NCBI GenBank assembly: GCA_964016885.1
Contig: OZ024743.1
Span: 107,880,001 to 107,944,000, forward strand
DNA: 64,000 bases
Reading direction: 5' to 3'
Origin: Eledone cirrhosa
Taxonomy: Eukaryota
The notes beneath the pieces were generated by a model. The model did no database searches and was not told the DNA's origin. It saw only the letters and a program-made list of their open reading frames with translations. Each line of letters begins with the position of its first letter. The stretch's first letter is position 1. The position numbers and the translations under genes are program-made. Shown here in pieces: positions 26,449 to 42,331 of this stretch.

Positions 26449-26655
26449 AGAGAGAGGGTGATAGAGAGAGTGAGAGAGGAGGCCGAGAGAGGGTGGGAGA
26501 GAAGGATAGACTGATTGATAGAGTGAAAGAGGGAGTCGGGGAGCGAGAGAAGGAAAGAATGATTGATAGAGTGAAAGAGGGAGAGAGAGATAACATCAAG
26601 TCATTCCATCGCATATTCCATTCTTTCACTTTCACTCATCTGTTTCTTCCGCCTT

Positions 26656-26777
<122 letters not shown>

Positions 26778-26929
26778 CGTATACATTCACAGACATACAC
26801 ACTCATGCACATAGAGAAAAACACTGACACACATACACAAATATGTAAGCATACACACACATACACATATACTTATACAAGACAATGGCGTTGTCCAATT
26901 GACTCAAAACTATGTCTCTCTATCACTAT

Positions 26930-27610
26930 ATGTTTCTATTTATCTATCTATCTTTCTCTCTCTATCTCTTTATCTATCTATCTTTCTCTCTTTCTATTTA
27001 TCTATCTCTCTTTCTCTCTTTCTATTTATCTATCTATCTTTCTCTCTTTCTCTCTATCTCTTTATCTATCTATCTTTCTCTCTTTCTATTTATCTGTGTA
27101 ACTTTCTCTCTTTCTATTTATCTGTGTATCTTATCTTTCTCTCTTTCTCTCTATCTCTTTATCTATCTATCCTTCTCTCTTTCTATTTATCTATCTATCT
27201 TTCTCTCTTTCCTTTTATCTGTGTATCTTTCTCTCTTTCTCTCTATCTCTTTATCTATCTATCTTTCTCTCTTTCCTTTTATCTGTGTAACTTTCTCTCT
27301 TTCTCTCTATCTCTTTATCTATCTATCTTTCTCTCTTTCCTTTTATCTGTGTATCTTTCTCTCTTTCTCTCTTTCTCTCTTTCTCTCTTTCTCTCTATCT
27401 CTTTATCTATCTATCTTTCTCTCTTTCCTTTTATCTGTGTATCTTTCTCTCTTTCTCTCTATCTCTTTATCTATCTATCTTTCTCTCTTTCTCTCTTTCT
27501 ATTTATCTGTGTAACTTTCTCTCTTTCTTTCTATCTCTTTATCTATCTATCTTTCTCTCTTTCTATTTATCTGTGTATCCTTCTCTTTTTCTCTCTATCT
27601 CTTTATCTCT
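26930..27610. repeat. Pyrimidine-rich higher-order minisatellite (TCTA/TC blocks with recurring tttatctgtgta)
   Basis: The landmark tttatctgtgta(a/t)c recurs every ~60-100 bp. Confidence 0.85.
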
Positions 27611-28204
27611 CTACCTAATTCTTAACGTTCTCTCTCTCTTTCTCTCCCTCTCATTCTTCCTCTCTAAGGGATTCTTCTCTCTTTACATACTCACTCACAC
27701 TCAGAATCTATCAGTCTCTCACATCATCCTTCAAACTCTCTGTTCCTCTTTCTAACTCACTCTATCTCTCTCAGTTCTTTTTATTCATTCATTCGTTCGT
27801 TTGCTTGCTTATTCCTTCTCTCGATCGCTCTTCGGATTTCTGCTAGCATTCCTGCTTCCGCAACCCATCCAAATTTATTTATATATTTATTTATTTTATC
27901 CTTCCCCCTCTCTCTTTCTCTCTCTTTCTTTCTTTCTCACTCACCCTACCATTCCTTCCACATCGCCTTATCAATCCCTTCCTTCTATTTTCTAATATAA
28001 TAACAACCAACACATCTCTCTCCGAATTCCACATTATAAATCCATCTTTTCTCCTCTCACTCTCTCTGCTTCCTTCTACTTCTATCTATCTATATATCTA
28101 TCTATATATCTATACATATAAATATATATATATATTTAATATATATACATATATACATATATAAATAATATATATATATACATATATATATATATATTTA
28201 TATA

Positions 28205-28293
<89 letters not shown>

Positions 28294-28373
28294 ATATAAA
28301 TATAAATATATATATATATCCTGAATGAAACAGTTCTAGTCCTGTAGAAGCCAATTCTATATTAAATAAATAA

Positions 28374-28438
<65 letters not shown>

Positions 28439-28619
28439 TATATATATACACATACACACACATATATATATATACACACATACATATATATATATATTTA
28501 TACACATATATACATACATATATATATATACACTCATATATATTATAACACACGTTTTCAGATAAAGAATCTTGCTAAACAAATTCAGAAACGAAATATA
28601 CATATATATATATATATAC

Positions 28620-28710
<91 letters not shown>

Positions 28711-29027
28711 TATATATATATACATGTGTGTGTGTGTGTTCGCGCGTGCATACTCCCTCACTCACACTTTTCCTCCTTCTCTCATATTACCTTTCAGCAT
28801 ATCTGTTTAAATTTTCTCTCACTCTCTCAATCTCATACAGTTGATCTCTTTTTACTCACACTGCTTCTACTTCCTCCTACTTCTTCTCTTTATGATTCTC
28901 TTTTCTTCTTTCTGTCTTCTCTCCCTACTCTCATATTACCTTTTAGCATATCTGTTTGAATTTTCTCTCTCTCAATCTGATTCAATCTATCTTTTTTTTC
29001 TCATACTGCGCCTCTAGTTCTCCGCCT

Positions 29028-29085
29028 TGCACCTTTCACAGTGGCGCTGCACCTTTCACTCTGCCTACCACCCTTGCAGTCAGTC
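29028..29085 (+). promoter_or_regulatory. Candidate core promoter/TSS of a host gene
   Basis: A unique, GC-richer island with the 12-bp direct repeat tgcacctttcac (29028, 29048) and an Inr-like TCAGTC (29080-29085), 1.35 kb upstream of the candidate ATG exon. Confidence 0.3.
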
Positions 29086-29285
29086 AGCCAAGCAGACAGG
29101 CAAGACAACACAAGGCGAAGAAGGCAATCAGCGAAGCTTGTGTGTGTGAACGATGCTGAAACTATGTCTTGTGCAATAGTGGCCTATATTCCTACGGAGT
29201 TTTGCTTTTGATACATATATATAAATATATATACATATACATATATATATATATATATACATACCGACATAAATACATATAAGTT

Positions 29286-29328
<43 letters not shown>

Positions 29329-29414
29329 ATATATATATATTTATTTATACATATACATGTATATATATATATATATGTATATAACAGAGGTGTAAAGTAA
29401 TATATATATATATT

Positions 29415-29481
<67 letters not shown>

Positions 29482-30017
29482 TTATATATGTATATGTATA
29501 TAAGTGGATGTATGCGTCGTGTATATATATTATAAACTACTTTGTACACAGTAAACTGACAACGTCCGTGCGTCCTTTTCGACTCGGCTTGGATATTTTT
29601 CTGCTCGCTCTCTTCTGCAAATACCTACACCATTATTATTAATACCATCATCATCGCCATAACCTTATTATCCTACTACCTACCTTGGATATGTATAAAT
29701 ATTTAAAGATATATATATAATATATTCATATACATTCACGTACACGCGCATACACACACACTTACATATACACAAACAAAATTTCTTACTGTCACACATG
29801 CACATGTGTAAACAGACACACACAAACACACATTGAGGCATACAAATACAAACGCAAATACAAACATATACATATATATATACAGCCACACGCATACACA
29901 CACACGCACAACTTCATACACTCCAACAGAAGTGAAACTCAATACATTTAGCACACACTCACATACACATACACAAACGCACACACACACAACAAATATA
30001 CATACATACATATATAT

Positions 30018-30110
<93 letters not shown>

Positions 30111-30356
30111 TATGTGTATGTACATATTTTGAATAATATACATACATGTATAACTACCAATTTACAGCACTTCTATATCAGGAAGTTCCGTAAAAACAAC
30201 ACAAATATATATAAATTTATTTAAAAAGAGGAATAAAAAAAAAAACGAAATCATTTCATATAACGCCTCAAAAAATATTTTTTGAAACAACATAATATAT
30301 ATGTATATATATATATATGTGTGATTGATACATAATATTATTATTATTATTATTAC

Positions 30357-30398
<42 letters not shown>

Positions 30399-30431
30399 TA
30401 TTATTGTTACTAAACCACAAAAATAACTATC

Positions 30432-30486
30432 ATGGAACTTATTACAGGAATAATGATTTTGCTTAAGTGTCTCGATCTTGCTTTCG
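30432..30486 (+). CDS. Candidate first coding exon (signal-peptide-like MELITGIMILLKCLDLAF-G, phase-1 intron)
   Basis: Good Kozak context (atcATGG), 18 mostly hydrophobic codons plus 1 nt, then a consensus donor G|GTAAGT (30487-30492). No downstream exon was found in the window. Confidence 0.45.
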
Positions 30487-31183
30487 GTAAGTACAACTTA
30501 GTATATTCTACATTTCACAACAAACATCATTTTAATTATTAGTATACTTATGATCATTATCATCATTATCACATGCATATCACTAGTAGTATTAGTGGTA
30601 TTACAATTATTATTTGAATAAGTAGTAATTCTGTTAGATATTTTGTATTAGACAAATCCAAATTGTTTATCTACCAATACAACAATATATTTCTACATAT
30701 ATACCAATATATTTTTACATATATACACAAGTCTATGTAGGTATGTATGTATTCATATAAGTATGAAATGTATGCATGTATGTATGCATGTGTGTATGTA
30801 TGTGTGTGTGTGTGGATGTATGTATATGTAGATATGGACATACACATATATTAATACACAAGTACATATACAATGTATATCTACGTAATCACATCTACAC
30901 CAGTATATGTTTACATATGTATATATATTTATATATTTGTATAGCCTCCTGTGTTTTGTTTGTTCATGTTCAACTATATATATATGCGTGTGTTGGGTGG
31001 GTGGGGGTTGGTGGAGTATGTGTTTTTACGTGCGCGCGCGAGTGTATTTTAGGCACATGTAATTGTTTAAAAGAGAATGCCGTAAATCAAATGACACTGT
31101 TGCAAAGATCTTATACATAAACACACACACGAATACTTGTATTGCTATACATTCACAAACATAAACTCAGCTGTATGCTTACG

Positions 31184-31268
<85 letters not shown>

Positions 31269-31612
31269 CGTGTGTGTCTGTGTGTTTATTTATCATGTTC
31301 ATGCATGTACATCGAGCATGCCAAATACTATACGTAGTGTATTGCGCAACTATGTGTATACATGACACCTATAAAACGTAAGACGGAAGTAAAATACATT
31401 ACTATCTCCCCATGCACACACACGCACTCATGCATAAGTTTGGTTACACACACACACACATACACATATACACACACACACACATATATATATATAAAAT
31501 GATAAGTAACGAAAGGACCTGTGTGGTTACTATAAACAAGGTTTAGGATGGTGGTATGGACGAAACAAGAGAAGAAAAGAAAATATATACATTTACAGAC
31601 ACACACCTACAT

Positions 31613-31685
<73 letters not shown>

Positions 31686-31801
31686 ATCATCAGAAACGAA
31701 AGAGCACTGTGGTTACTATAAACAAGGTTTAGGATGGTGTTATGGACGAAACAAGTGAAGAAAAGAAAAATATATATATATCGACACACACCTACACAAA
31801 C

Positions 31802-31968
<167 letters not shown>

Positions 31969-32302
31969 CAGAGTCTACATTTCTCTATATTTTTGTCAAA
32001 TGTAAATGCATGTGTGTGCGTGCGCGTGCACGTTTTGGTATTGGTTTTCTATGTGTGTCTGTGTGTTGGTCTGTGGTTGTGTGTGCTCGTGCGTGCGTAC
32101 ATACTTTCTCTTGCTAGCAGAAAACTATTCCAAAATATACACCCAAAATTCTACTCGCAAAATTCTTCCTGCAACGCGCACATATACGCGCATAGATGCC
32201 TATACACAGATACAAAATATAGGCACTGAAATATACATACAAGATTGTATACAAATATGAGCATGCATACGTACATTCGCGACTACACACACAGACACAT
32301 AC

Positions 32303-32447
<145 letters not shown>

Positions 32448-32475
32448 AACACACACACACATATATATATATCTA

Positions 32476-32690
32476 ATGATTTCTACTATAGGCACAAGGC
32501 CAGTAATTGGGGGCGAGGGGAAGTCGATTAAATCGACTCCAGCACGTTACTGGTGCTTTATTTTATCGACCCCATAAGGATGAAAAGCAAAGTTAATCTC
32601 GGCGGGATTTGAATTCAGACCGTAAAGGGCAGTAAATATATGCTGCAAAGCATGGCGTCCGACCCTCTACCGATACTGCCAATCCACCAC
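32476..32690 (-). mobile_element. SINE S1
   Basis: atgatttctactataggcacaaggcc...ggatgaaaagcaaagttaatctcggcgggatttgaattcag...ccgaccctctaccgatactgccaatccacc. Confidence 0.85.
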
Positions 32691-32918
32691 ACTTATATAC
32701 ATATATATAATTGTTTATAATAGAACCAGTTTTCAACTAGTTAATCCATTACTCAGCAGAGAACTCGATACTTGGGATGGTAGAGTACGATTATATTAGA
32801 AAGAGTCGTGACCAACTGCTGAGCTCTTGCCTATTTGGAACTAGCTGTTGAAATGTGAAGGAAACAGCCGTCTAGCCCCGACTTTTTCTAATATATATAT
32901 GTGTGTGTGATTATTTAA

Positions 32919-32959
<41 letters not shown>

Positions 32960-33243
32960 CATAGTAAACAATTGAACGGGAACAAAACAGAGAGGCAGTA
33001 CGAACAAATATATATATGTACATATATGTATTAAAGTGATATATATTTGCTATAAAGTAAATATGATTTGAAATAGGAATGTAAATAATAAAAGGTGAAG
33101 AAGTTATACAGCTCAATATATATATATATATATATATATATTTGTGAAAAATTCGGGACCCCACGGCTGAGCTCCTGCCTTTCAACAGCTAGCTCCGAAC
33201 ACACATACACACACCTATATATGTATATATATATATATGTATA

Positions 33244-33432
33244 TAATATAGAAGAGCTTCTACATGACTAGAACTGTTTCATTCCTGAGAAATCATAAGG
33301 AAGCTTCCTGATGATTTCTCACGAATGCAACAGTTCTAGTCCTGTAGAAGCTCTTCTATATTAAAACTTTTATACTCTGCTATGTATTGAGGTTACCTCC
33401 TGTGGTTACCTCCGATTCAACCTGGAATAATT
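33244..33432. mobile_element. HHR family A inverted pair sharing the palindromic centre ggaagcttcc
   Basis: Plus arm: agcttc-CTGATGA-tttctcacgaat-GCAA-cag-ttctagtc-ctg-TA-gaagct (6-bp stem I, GAAA>GCAA). Minus arm: agcttc-CTTATGA...GAAA...TA-gaagct. The centre is at 33299-33308. Confidence 0.85.
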
Positions 33433-33437
33433 TATCT

Positions 33438-33468
<31 letters not shown>

Positions 33469-33544
33469 TGATGTGTCTGTATATGTATACAATCCTATAT
33501 ATGTATGTGCATATATATATATACCTGTATATACAAACAGCAGC

Positions 33545-33606
<62 letters not shown>

Positions 33607-33607
33607 C

Positions 33608-33672
<65 letters not shown>

Positions 33673-33863
33673 ACAGACCCTCCATCTCAACTCTACTTTT
33701 GAAAAGCAGAAGAACTGCGAAACCGGTAAAGGAACCAAATAAATATATATATATTTTTTAAAAATAAGACTCCAGTTGCATTTTCGATTTCATATTTTTT
33801 TCTTTATACTTTCACACGTGTAGGATACCTCGGTTATTTTTCATTTTGTAAAAAAAACCTCAC

Positions 33864-33914
<51 letters not shown>

Positions 33915-34269
33915 CGCACACACATGATATACCAGAATACATTCTGAACATGGATTCGCGTTTCTCGCATAGCTCTAGTTTCCATACTACACATTTCACA
34001 TACAAATGTTCACAATAAAATCCTTTCACTACGCCGTCTCTCTATTTATATTCGTCTTCACAACAGTTTTTTCCTTACACAACATGCCCTAAGGTGAAAT
34101 CACAGAAATTTCTTTAAAATATGTGTGTGTGGATTAATATATGGATAAATTGACAAATAGCCAGATATATAGACGGTAGCTGAGTACATGGATAGATAGA
34201 TAGGTAGGTAAGTAGGTAGATACATCGATAGGAAGATAGATAAATAGATAGATCATTTTCTATTTTAAA

Positions 34270-34487
34270 GGGTCCGTCGAGCTGCCGATTTTAGAGTCGG
34301 GTAAAATCGATACAGATCGAATATTGAGCTGATCAGTAGCGAAACGCGCGTCACCTACCAATAAATGTAATGAAGGAGTAACCAATCGTCCTTGTTATCT
34401 TTTCAATATAATACACTCTGTATAGCTCTACACCTCGACACAGAAGTGAACCTAAACATCGAGTGCTCACCCAAGTTACACTCCCTA
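34270..34487 (+). mobile_element. HHR family C copy with decayed core
   Basis: ggt-CCGTCGA-gctgccgatt...gatcagtagc-GAAA-cgcgcg-TC-acc, AATAAA at 34360; homologous to 44591-44730. Confidence 0.75.
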
Positions 34488-34515
34488 GATATATATATAT
34501 ATATTTGTATGTATA

Positions 34516-34560
34516 GGAGTGGTTGATAGCTTCCGGTACCTAGGTTATCAGATTAGGACA
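34516..34560 (+). pseudogene. Tiny LINE RT fragment (VVDSFRYLGYQI)
   Basis: Matches the (E)VVDxFxYLG motif of the non-LTR RT thumb region. Confidence 0.5.
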
Positions 34561-34639
34561 AAGATTGGGACAAAGACGGGGGGGGGGGGGAGTTTGCATA
34601 CATTTCAAAATACGTGTAAGAAAACATATAATAAATTAA

Positions 34640-34907
34640 ATTTAACGATCGAAGTCCTCAATAGGGAGGAGGCGTTGACGTGGGTCGCACATACCCCCAA
34701 AAAATATGTGCAACCCTCCTCTTCAGGAGCACATAGAATGGGTGCTCCCTTCCTCACCTCTTTCTTCTCCTCTCTCGCCTACAGGCTGATATCGAGAGAA
34801 GGCCCATTCACTCGGGCCATTCTCGCCACTTTCACCCACCTTTCATAAAACTTGCTCGGGTAGAGCACCTTTCTCTCCATTCTGATCCTTCTTCGAAAGT
34901 GGTACTT
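34640..34907 (-). mobile_element. Probable L1/Tx1-like LINE 3' end with hairpin-rich UTR
   Basis: KYHFRRRIRMERKVLYPSKFYERWVKVARMARVNG..* resembles Tx1-type ORF2 ends (R..ER......F...W); UTR hairpins ggagcac/gtgctcc and gggtcgcacata/tatgtgcaaccc. Confidence 0.45.
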
Positions 34908-35155
34908 TAAATAGATAGATAAATAGATAGATCGATAGATAAATAGATTGAAAGATAGATTGATAGATTGATAGATTGATATACAGAGAGATTCAGGGAT
35001 ATTCTCAAGATGCAATTAAAAATAATTCCCAATGCCAACAACATTATATGTAATGGAAGGATACAGAGAGAGTTAGAGATAGAGCACAACATTGAATATA
35101 GCCCTAATAGAAACATTCATAAAGCTGTACAAAGACATGCATGTATGTATATATA

Positions 35156-35197
<42 letters not shown>

Positions 35198-35402
35198 TAG
35201 CAAGTACTTTGAAGAAAATTATGCGTGCACGCATACATGCATATATATGTGCATGCATACATGCATTTATATACATTAACATGCATCCCTACATACATGC
35301 ATGTTTTTACACACACACTCCCGAATAAATGATATAAACCTAGCCATGCAATGCTTTCTTCTGTCTATCTCTAACTTTGTATCTAACTGTTTCTAGGTAT
35401 CA

Positions 35403-35528
<126 letters not shown>

Positions 35529-35668
35529 CTATATATATAAAATATATAAATAAAGATGCTTATACCATACAAACGTATTGAATAACTTCTGTAAATGTGA
35601 TCACCTCCCGATCTTCCTATATATAGATATATAGATATATATGTACATATATATAGGTAGATTCAATA

Positions 35669-35718
<50 letters not shown>

Positions 35719-36266
35719 TGTGTGTGTGTGCGTGCTTGCGTGTGTGTGTGTGTGTGAAACTAGCGATTGATGGCAAATGTGGCCTGTAATTCTCTTCTTA
35801 GAACCAGTTTGGAAGGCTGAATTTTATTTTTATTTCCCAATCGTGGATATGTGTGTTGTTAAATTAGAGGTGTATTTAGTTGTCGGTTACTGTTGTGAAG
35901 GGAAATATTATATAAGTTTTATCGTATCTCTGATATTGTATGGACAAAGGTCTACTTTTGAGGTTATGTTTCAACTATAGAATGTTTCTGTGTGTGCATG
36001 TGTTAATTTGCTTCTTTAGCGTGTATATGTTTTTATCGAGTAGGAACATGTGAGAAAATGTATATTTACACACCTATGCACATATTTTGCCGTTTCAATA
36101 CAATACGAATGACATAGACGCAATATTCATAAATGAATATCCAATTGTCGTAGCTAGGTATAGGTTTCTTCTGTGATATTTTAGTAACATAGAATAGTAA
36201 CAGTAATATAGTGAATATATGTAATATTGACCAATTTAAACTCTTGCTTGCGAATCCAAACGCACG

Positions 36267-36348
<82 letters not shown>

Positions 36349-36433
36349 GAGAAGAAAGAGGAATACTGCGTGGTTGCACATGGGTTACATATTATAAAAT
36401 TAGTCCCTCGTCAGTGATCTGCCAACCATCATT

Positions 36434-36485
<52 letters not shown>

Positions 36486-37145
36486 GGAATTTCAACAGGG
36501 AAGAATAGTACAGGAGGACACAACACTAAAATGATGATATTTTGTAAAGCTTGATATATTAGTAAAATATTTTAATGTTTCGGATGTCAGTCCGTCATTT
36601 AAAGAGAAGAATAAGAAATGTAAGCAAACGTATATCTATCTATAAATATATATATATATAATAATATATATATAGTAATAATAATAATAATAATAATTAT
36701 TATTATTATTATTATAATTATAATAATAATAAACAAGAAAGACGGTTTCATGTGTCCATCCCTATTTAATTTGTTATACGTATGGTAGTTAGTTTAATAA
36801 CATCTGCCCTACGTCTTCTGTTCAGACAAAAATCCACACGAGATGTAAATATCCATATATGTGTGTGCGTATAATTTATGTAATATATATACATATATAT
36901 ACATATGAATAATATGTATAGATTGATAGATAGATGTATAGATAGATACATAGATGCATTGTACGGGGATGAGAAGGAAGAAGATACACAACAATAGTAA
37001 TTATGAAAAGAAGACAATGCATTATATAGTCTGGGTTATATACTTTTAGGGCTGAAATGAATTCGATTAGGACTATTAGTTTGAGACTTTACTGATTTTC
37101 AAACAATCAATATATTTTTCTTACATTATTTATGTATTTATATAG

Positions 37146-37335
37146 GTTGTGGATTGGCAGTATCGGTAGAGGGTCGGACGCCATGCTTTGCAGCAAAGAG
37201 TTACGGCTCTTTAAGATCTGAGCTCAAATCCCGCCGAGGTTAACTCTGCCTTTCATCTTTACGGGGTCGATAAAATAAAGTACCAGTAATGTACTGGGTA
37301 ATTGCTGGCCTTGTGCAAAAAGTAGAAACAATTAT
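37146..37335 (+). mobile_element. SINE S1 (near full length)
   Basis: gtggattggcagtatcggtagagggtcggacgccatg...gagctcaaatcccgccgaggttaac...gtcgataaaataaagtaccag...agtagaaacaatt. Confidence 0.88.
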
Positions 37336-38066
37336 TTAACGAATGTTCTTCATTTTTCTCCGATTCTTTGCAAAAATACGTTATTAAAATATAATTATTA
37401 AGGAATATGAACATGATGGACATCCGTCGGTTTCGAGATGAGAGTTCCAATTGTTCAATTAAGGGAAATGCTCGCAAATGAAATTAACGTGTAACTGACG
37501 GATCAATTTCACAAACATCTAAATTTAATACAATTCACAAGGAAATTCATCATGACAGAAGGTGTGACAAATATGGATCTTTGAGTAACATAAAAGATTT
37601 GAAAATTTATGTTTTACACCTGTCAAAATCCAGTTAGATTACAAGGCAGCTAAGATGGAGCGACCCTATGTCGGGATTTTACGAATTACTATATGTACGG
37701 GAATTGATATGTGTGTGTGATCCGATGGTTGTAATAATTTTAGCGTCACTCGATAAGGACGTATATTAATAAACATATATTTGTAAAGGTTATGTATACG
37801 TGCGATTGTGTACACAGATGTATGTTTATATGCAGGTGCCCATGTCTTTATATACGTAAATTCAGAGGCATATATGTATAAATGCATGCATGTATATGCT
37901 TCTAAATACATGCACGTATATATCATGACCGAAGCGCTGCCGTGTGTGGATTTGGGTTGACATGACAGCATGAAATTACATACATGCTTTAAAATGTTAA
38001 CATTGGACATACTTTATATATCATTTATATATATAGATAGATGAAGTATATATATATATATATATA

Positions 38067-38120
<54 letters not shown>

Positions 38121-38228
38121 GTATATATATACATGCATATATGTATAAGAATATTCACCCGCCTACAAACATACTCACATATACATGTACCATCACAATA
38201 TATAAAATATATAATTATGTATATGTGC

Positions 38229-38311
<83 letters not shown>

Positions 38312-38373
38312 GTGGGTATCTATGTAAATGTATATAGTGATATATAGTATACAAATATTTATATATATGTATT

Positions 38374-38404
<31 letters not shown>

Positions 38405-38489
38405 ATATGTATATATGTATATTTATATGTATAGATATATACATGTGTGTGTGTATTTTTATATATTTTTATATATTTATATATATATG

Positions 38490-38592
<103 letters not shown>

Positions 38593-38810
38593 GTATATAT
38601 ATTTATACATATATATATATATATATGTATATACATATATACACATTTATATATATATATATAATCATATATAAGCATATATACATATTTATACAAATTT
38701 GAATGTAAACATATATATGTATTTATATATATATATATCATCATCATCATATATATGTATATATACATATTTATACACATTTGAATCTAAACATATATAT
38801 GTATTTATAT

Positions 38811-38936
<126 letters not shown>

Positions 38937-39154
38937 TTGTGACTGTGTGTTTATATGTACATATATGGATAATTGTATATATATATATATAAACAGAAAC
39001 AGATTGAAACTGCTTAGACAATTACACAACCGAATACTCTGTACATGTGGTATTAGAATATGTCTACATTATTAAAAGTCAGTACACGATGGCTGAGCTT
39101 CTGCCTTCTAAAAATACTCTACCTAACATATATATATGTATGTGTATATAGATA

Positions 39155-39244
<90 letters not shown>

Positions 39245-39278
39245 AAACATATAAAGTTATATGCATATATATTTATAT

Positions 39279-39330
<52 letters not shown>

Positions 39331-39582
39331 TTATATTAACGTATATATATATCAGTATATATATATATATATATACATGTATTTATATATATATATATAT
39401 ATGTGTTTATATATATATATATATATAGATATATATATATATATATAAAACATATAAAGATATATGCATATATATTTATATATATATATATGTATATATA
39501 TGTATATATATTTATATGAATGTATATATATATATATCATTATATATATATATATATGTACATGTATTTATATATATATATA

Positions 39583-39684
<102 letters not shown>

Positions 39685-39745
39685 TATATATATGTATATA
39701 TATTTATATATATGTATGTATCTATCTATATATATATTTATATAT

Positions 39746-39778
<33 letters not shown>

Positions 39779-40014
39779 ATTATATGTCTCTAGTGGAGGC
39801 ACGTGGTCTATTCATGCGTTCGATTCCCGTGTTGCGTGTTGTGTTCTTGAACAAAACAGGTCATTTCACGTTGGTCTTGTAAACTCCGGGGGTTTACCCC
39901 TGCTATGCACTGGCGTCCTGTCTAGGTTGTAGCCTTGCACTCTCAGCTGCTTCACGCCTCGAAAGCTGGATAAGCACGGGCCAAAGGAGCCCTTAAGACA
40001 GGCTTTAGACTTTA

Positions 40015-40160
<146 letters not shown>

Positions 40161-40191
40161 TATATATATATATATGTACATATATATATGG

Positions 40192-40247
<56 letters not shown>

Positions 40248-40284
40248 ACACACACACACAGACATATATATATATATATATATA

Positions 40285-40422
40285 TGGACCAGGCAATGAG
40301 CAAGACACTTTCTTTCACGTTGCTCCTTCTACCTGGAGTTTTGACCGATAGATAGTGCTAGCAACTGGAAAGACCAACGGAAATATTATTTCCTCTGTCC
40401 GATTTGACGAAAGTCGATCGAT
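40285..40422 (+). mobile_element. SINE S2 3' part with structured tail
   Basis: tgagcaagacactttctttcacgttgctccttctacctggag...gaccaacggaaatattatttcctctgtccgatttgacgaaagtcgatcg. Confidence 0.75.
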
Positions 40423-40544
40423 TCTTTTTATATATGCATATTTATATGCAAAATACATAAATATACATATATGCGTAGGTATCCATGTGTCCATTCAATG
40501 TTTTTCCTATTTCTTCTCATTCCTATTTCAATCAATGTTTTTAA

Positions 40545-40646
<102 letters not shown>

Positions 40647-40919
40647 TAGCTACCAGCTAGTGTTTGTGTATCCAGTGTTCACCCGCCAAACCCCTCTCTT
40701 ATTTTATTTATAAAAAAAATATATACAGTATGAGAATCTTGTTCATGTTGAGAATATATATATAAATATATTTCTCTTTTATTCTTTTACCTTTTCCAGC
40801 CAACCGGCTGAGGCCATGGTGCGACACATATATAATTTGATCGTGTAATACATATATTCTTATATACATGATTAACTTTCATGTATACATGTTTCAATAT
40901 ATATATATATATGAAAATG

Positions 40920-41097
40920 TTTAACCCCGATGGCAGAGCTCAAGCCGTTTCGACGGCTAGGTCCAGAAATAGCCGTCGAAACGGCTTGAGCTCTGCCGTC
41001 GTGGTTAAACCTTTTCCTATTACCCACTGTACTCCCCTAATAATTGAGTACTCTGGTGCGTTATGGTTCATCTGGTTCCTTACCACACTTCATTGAT
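40920..41097. mobile_element. Family B inverted pair
   Basis: The short minus arm tttaaccccgatggcagagctcaagccgtttcgacggcta is joined to the plus arm gtccagaaatagccgtc-GAAA-cggc-ttgagctct-gccg-TC with the full tail. Confidence 0.8.
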
Positions 41098-41346
41098 TAT
41101 ATATATATATATATATTCACTCGTATGAAATAAAACTCTGCTCCACTGATGTTGTTTCGAAAACGACTCCGGTGCCCAGTTATATGATAGGATATCTGAA
41201 AAATTTTTCAAACTTTTGGGCATGGTTTAATTCGTCCACATTCCGCACGCGGTTTCTTAACTTTTTTATGACTAAGAAAGCCATTCCCTCAGTTCCTCTC
41301 TCTTTCTCTTCTGTGTCTCCCTCTCTCTCTCCCTTTATTTATAAGT

Positions 41347-41419
<73 letters not shown>

Positions 41420-42165
41420 TACATGCTTACATCGTTAGATAGATATGCAACTGTCTCTGTGCAGGTTTGGAGATGTTTTCCTGTGAATATGGTGCTCTGT
41501 TTACGATGGCTTGCATTTTAGTTCGATTTACGATGGAACCTTGTCTCGATGAAATGTAATGAAATATATCTAGCTTTAATGTAAATACACCAGCTAAGTC
41601 ACACGTTGTGACGGTTGAATCTAATTGAGAACCACGTTAACTGGACACACATCTGTGGAATGCTCAACCACTTGCCCGGTAATTTCACAAGCAAACTATT
41701 CTGTTAGTAGACCAATTATAATATAGACCTGCCAAGGTTAACTTTGCCTATCATCCTTACGGGGTCGTGGGTAATTGCTGGCCTGGTACCAAATGTAGAA
41801 ACAATTATAATATAGTCCAATACACTCACACACACATGTGTGTGTGGAGGGAGAGGGCCTGATGTGGGAAGGGAAAATATATTTGTTTACAAGATATGGA
41901 AGGTGGAGAATTCGGGGGCAGAATCGTAAGTAGTTTGGAGAGAATAAAATGACATGGATTTATGTGTTACGGCACTCTGCGATATGAGTTCAAAATGTAT
42001 TAAAGTAAAGGATACCTTTCACCTTTTCTAACACACGAATCAAGCTCAATTGGGGAAATACGATGGAAAATGCCAGAGATTTCTTACCTTAGGTTCTCAC
42101 CTATTTTCCGCTATGACAATCTAGGTGGTATGTTGAAGACATGAATCGGAAAAGACTGAATGTGA

Positions 42166-42217
<52 letters not shown>

Positions 42218-42221
<4 letters not shown>

Positions 42222-42331
42222 ATACTGTGGGAGGGTCATTTTGCCAATAAGAAACACACGCACCAGAGCTTTCACTCCAATTTCAACACACGTTTTCAGA
42301 TAAAGAATTTTGCAAAACAAATTCAGAAACG

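Noticed and set aside
34655-34730. CTGAAGA-ggagg...cctcc on the minus strand
   Set aside because: The hairpin is not followed by GAAA; treated as LINE 3' UTR structure.
36345-36435. CTGACGA on the minus strand (36408-36414)
   Set aside because: No GAAA or closing stems before the TA tract.
41455-41560. Possible acceptor tctctgtgcag|G as exon 2 of the candidate gene
   Set aside because: The phase-1 frame reaches a stop after ~31 codons with no good donor and no recognisable motif.
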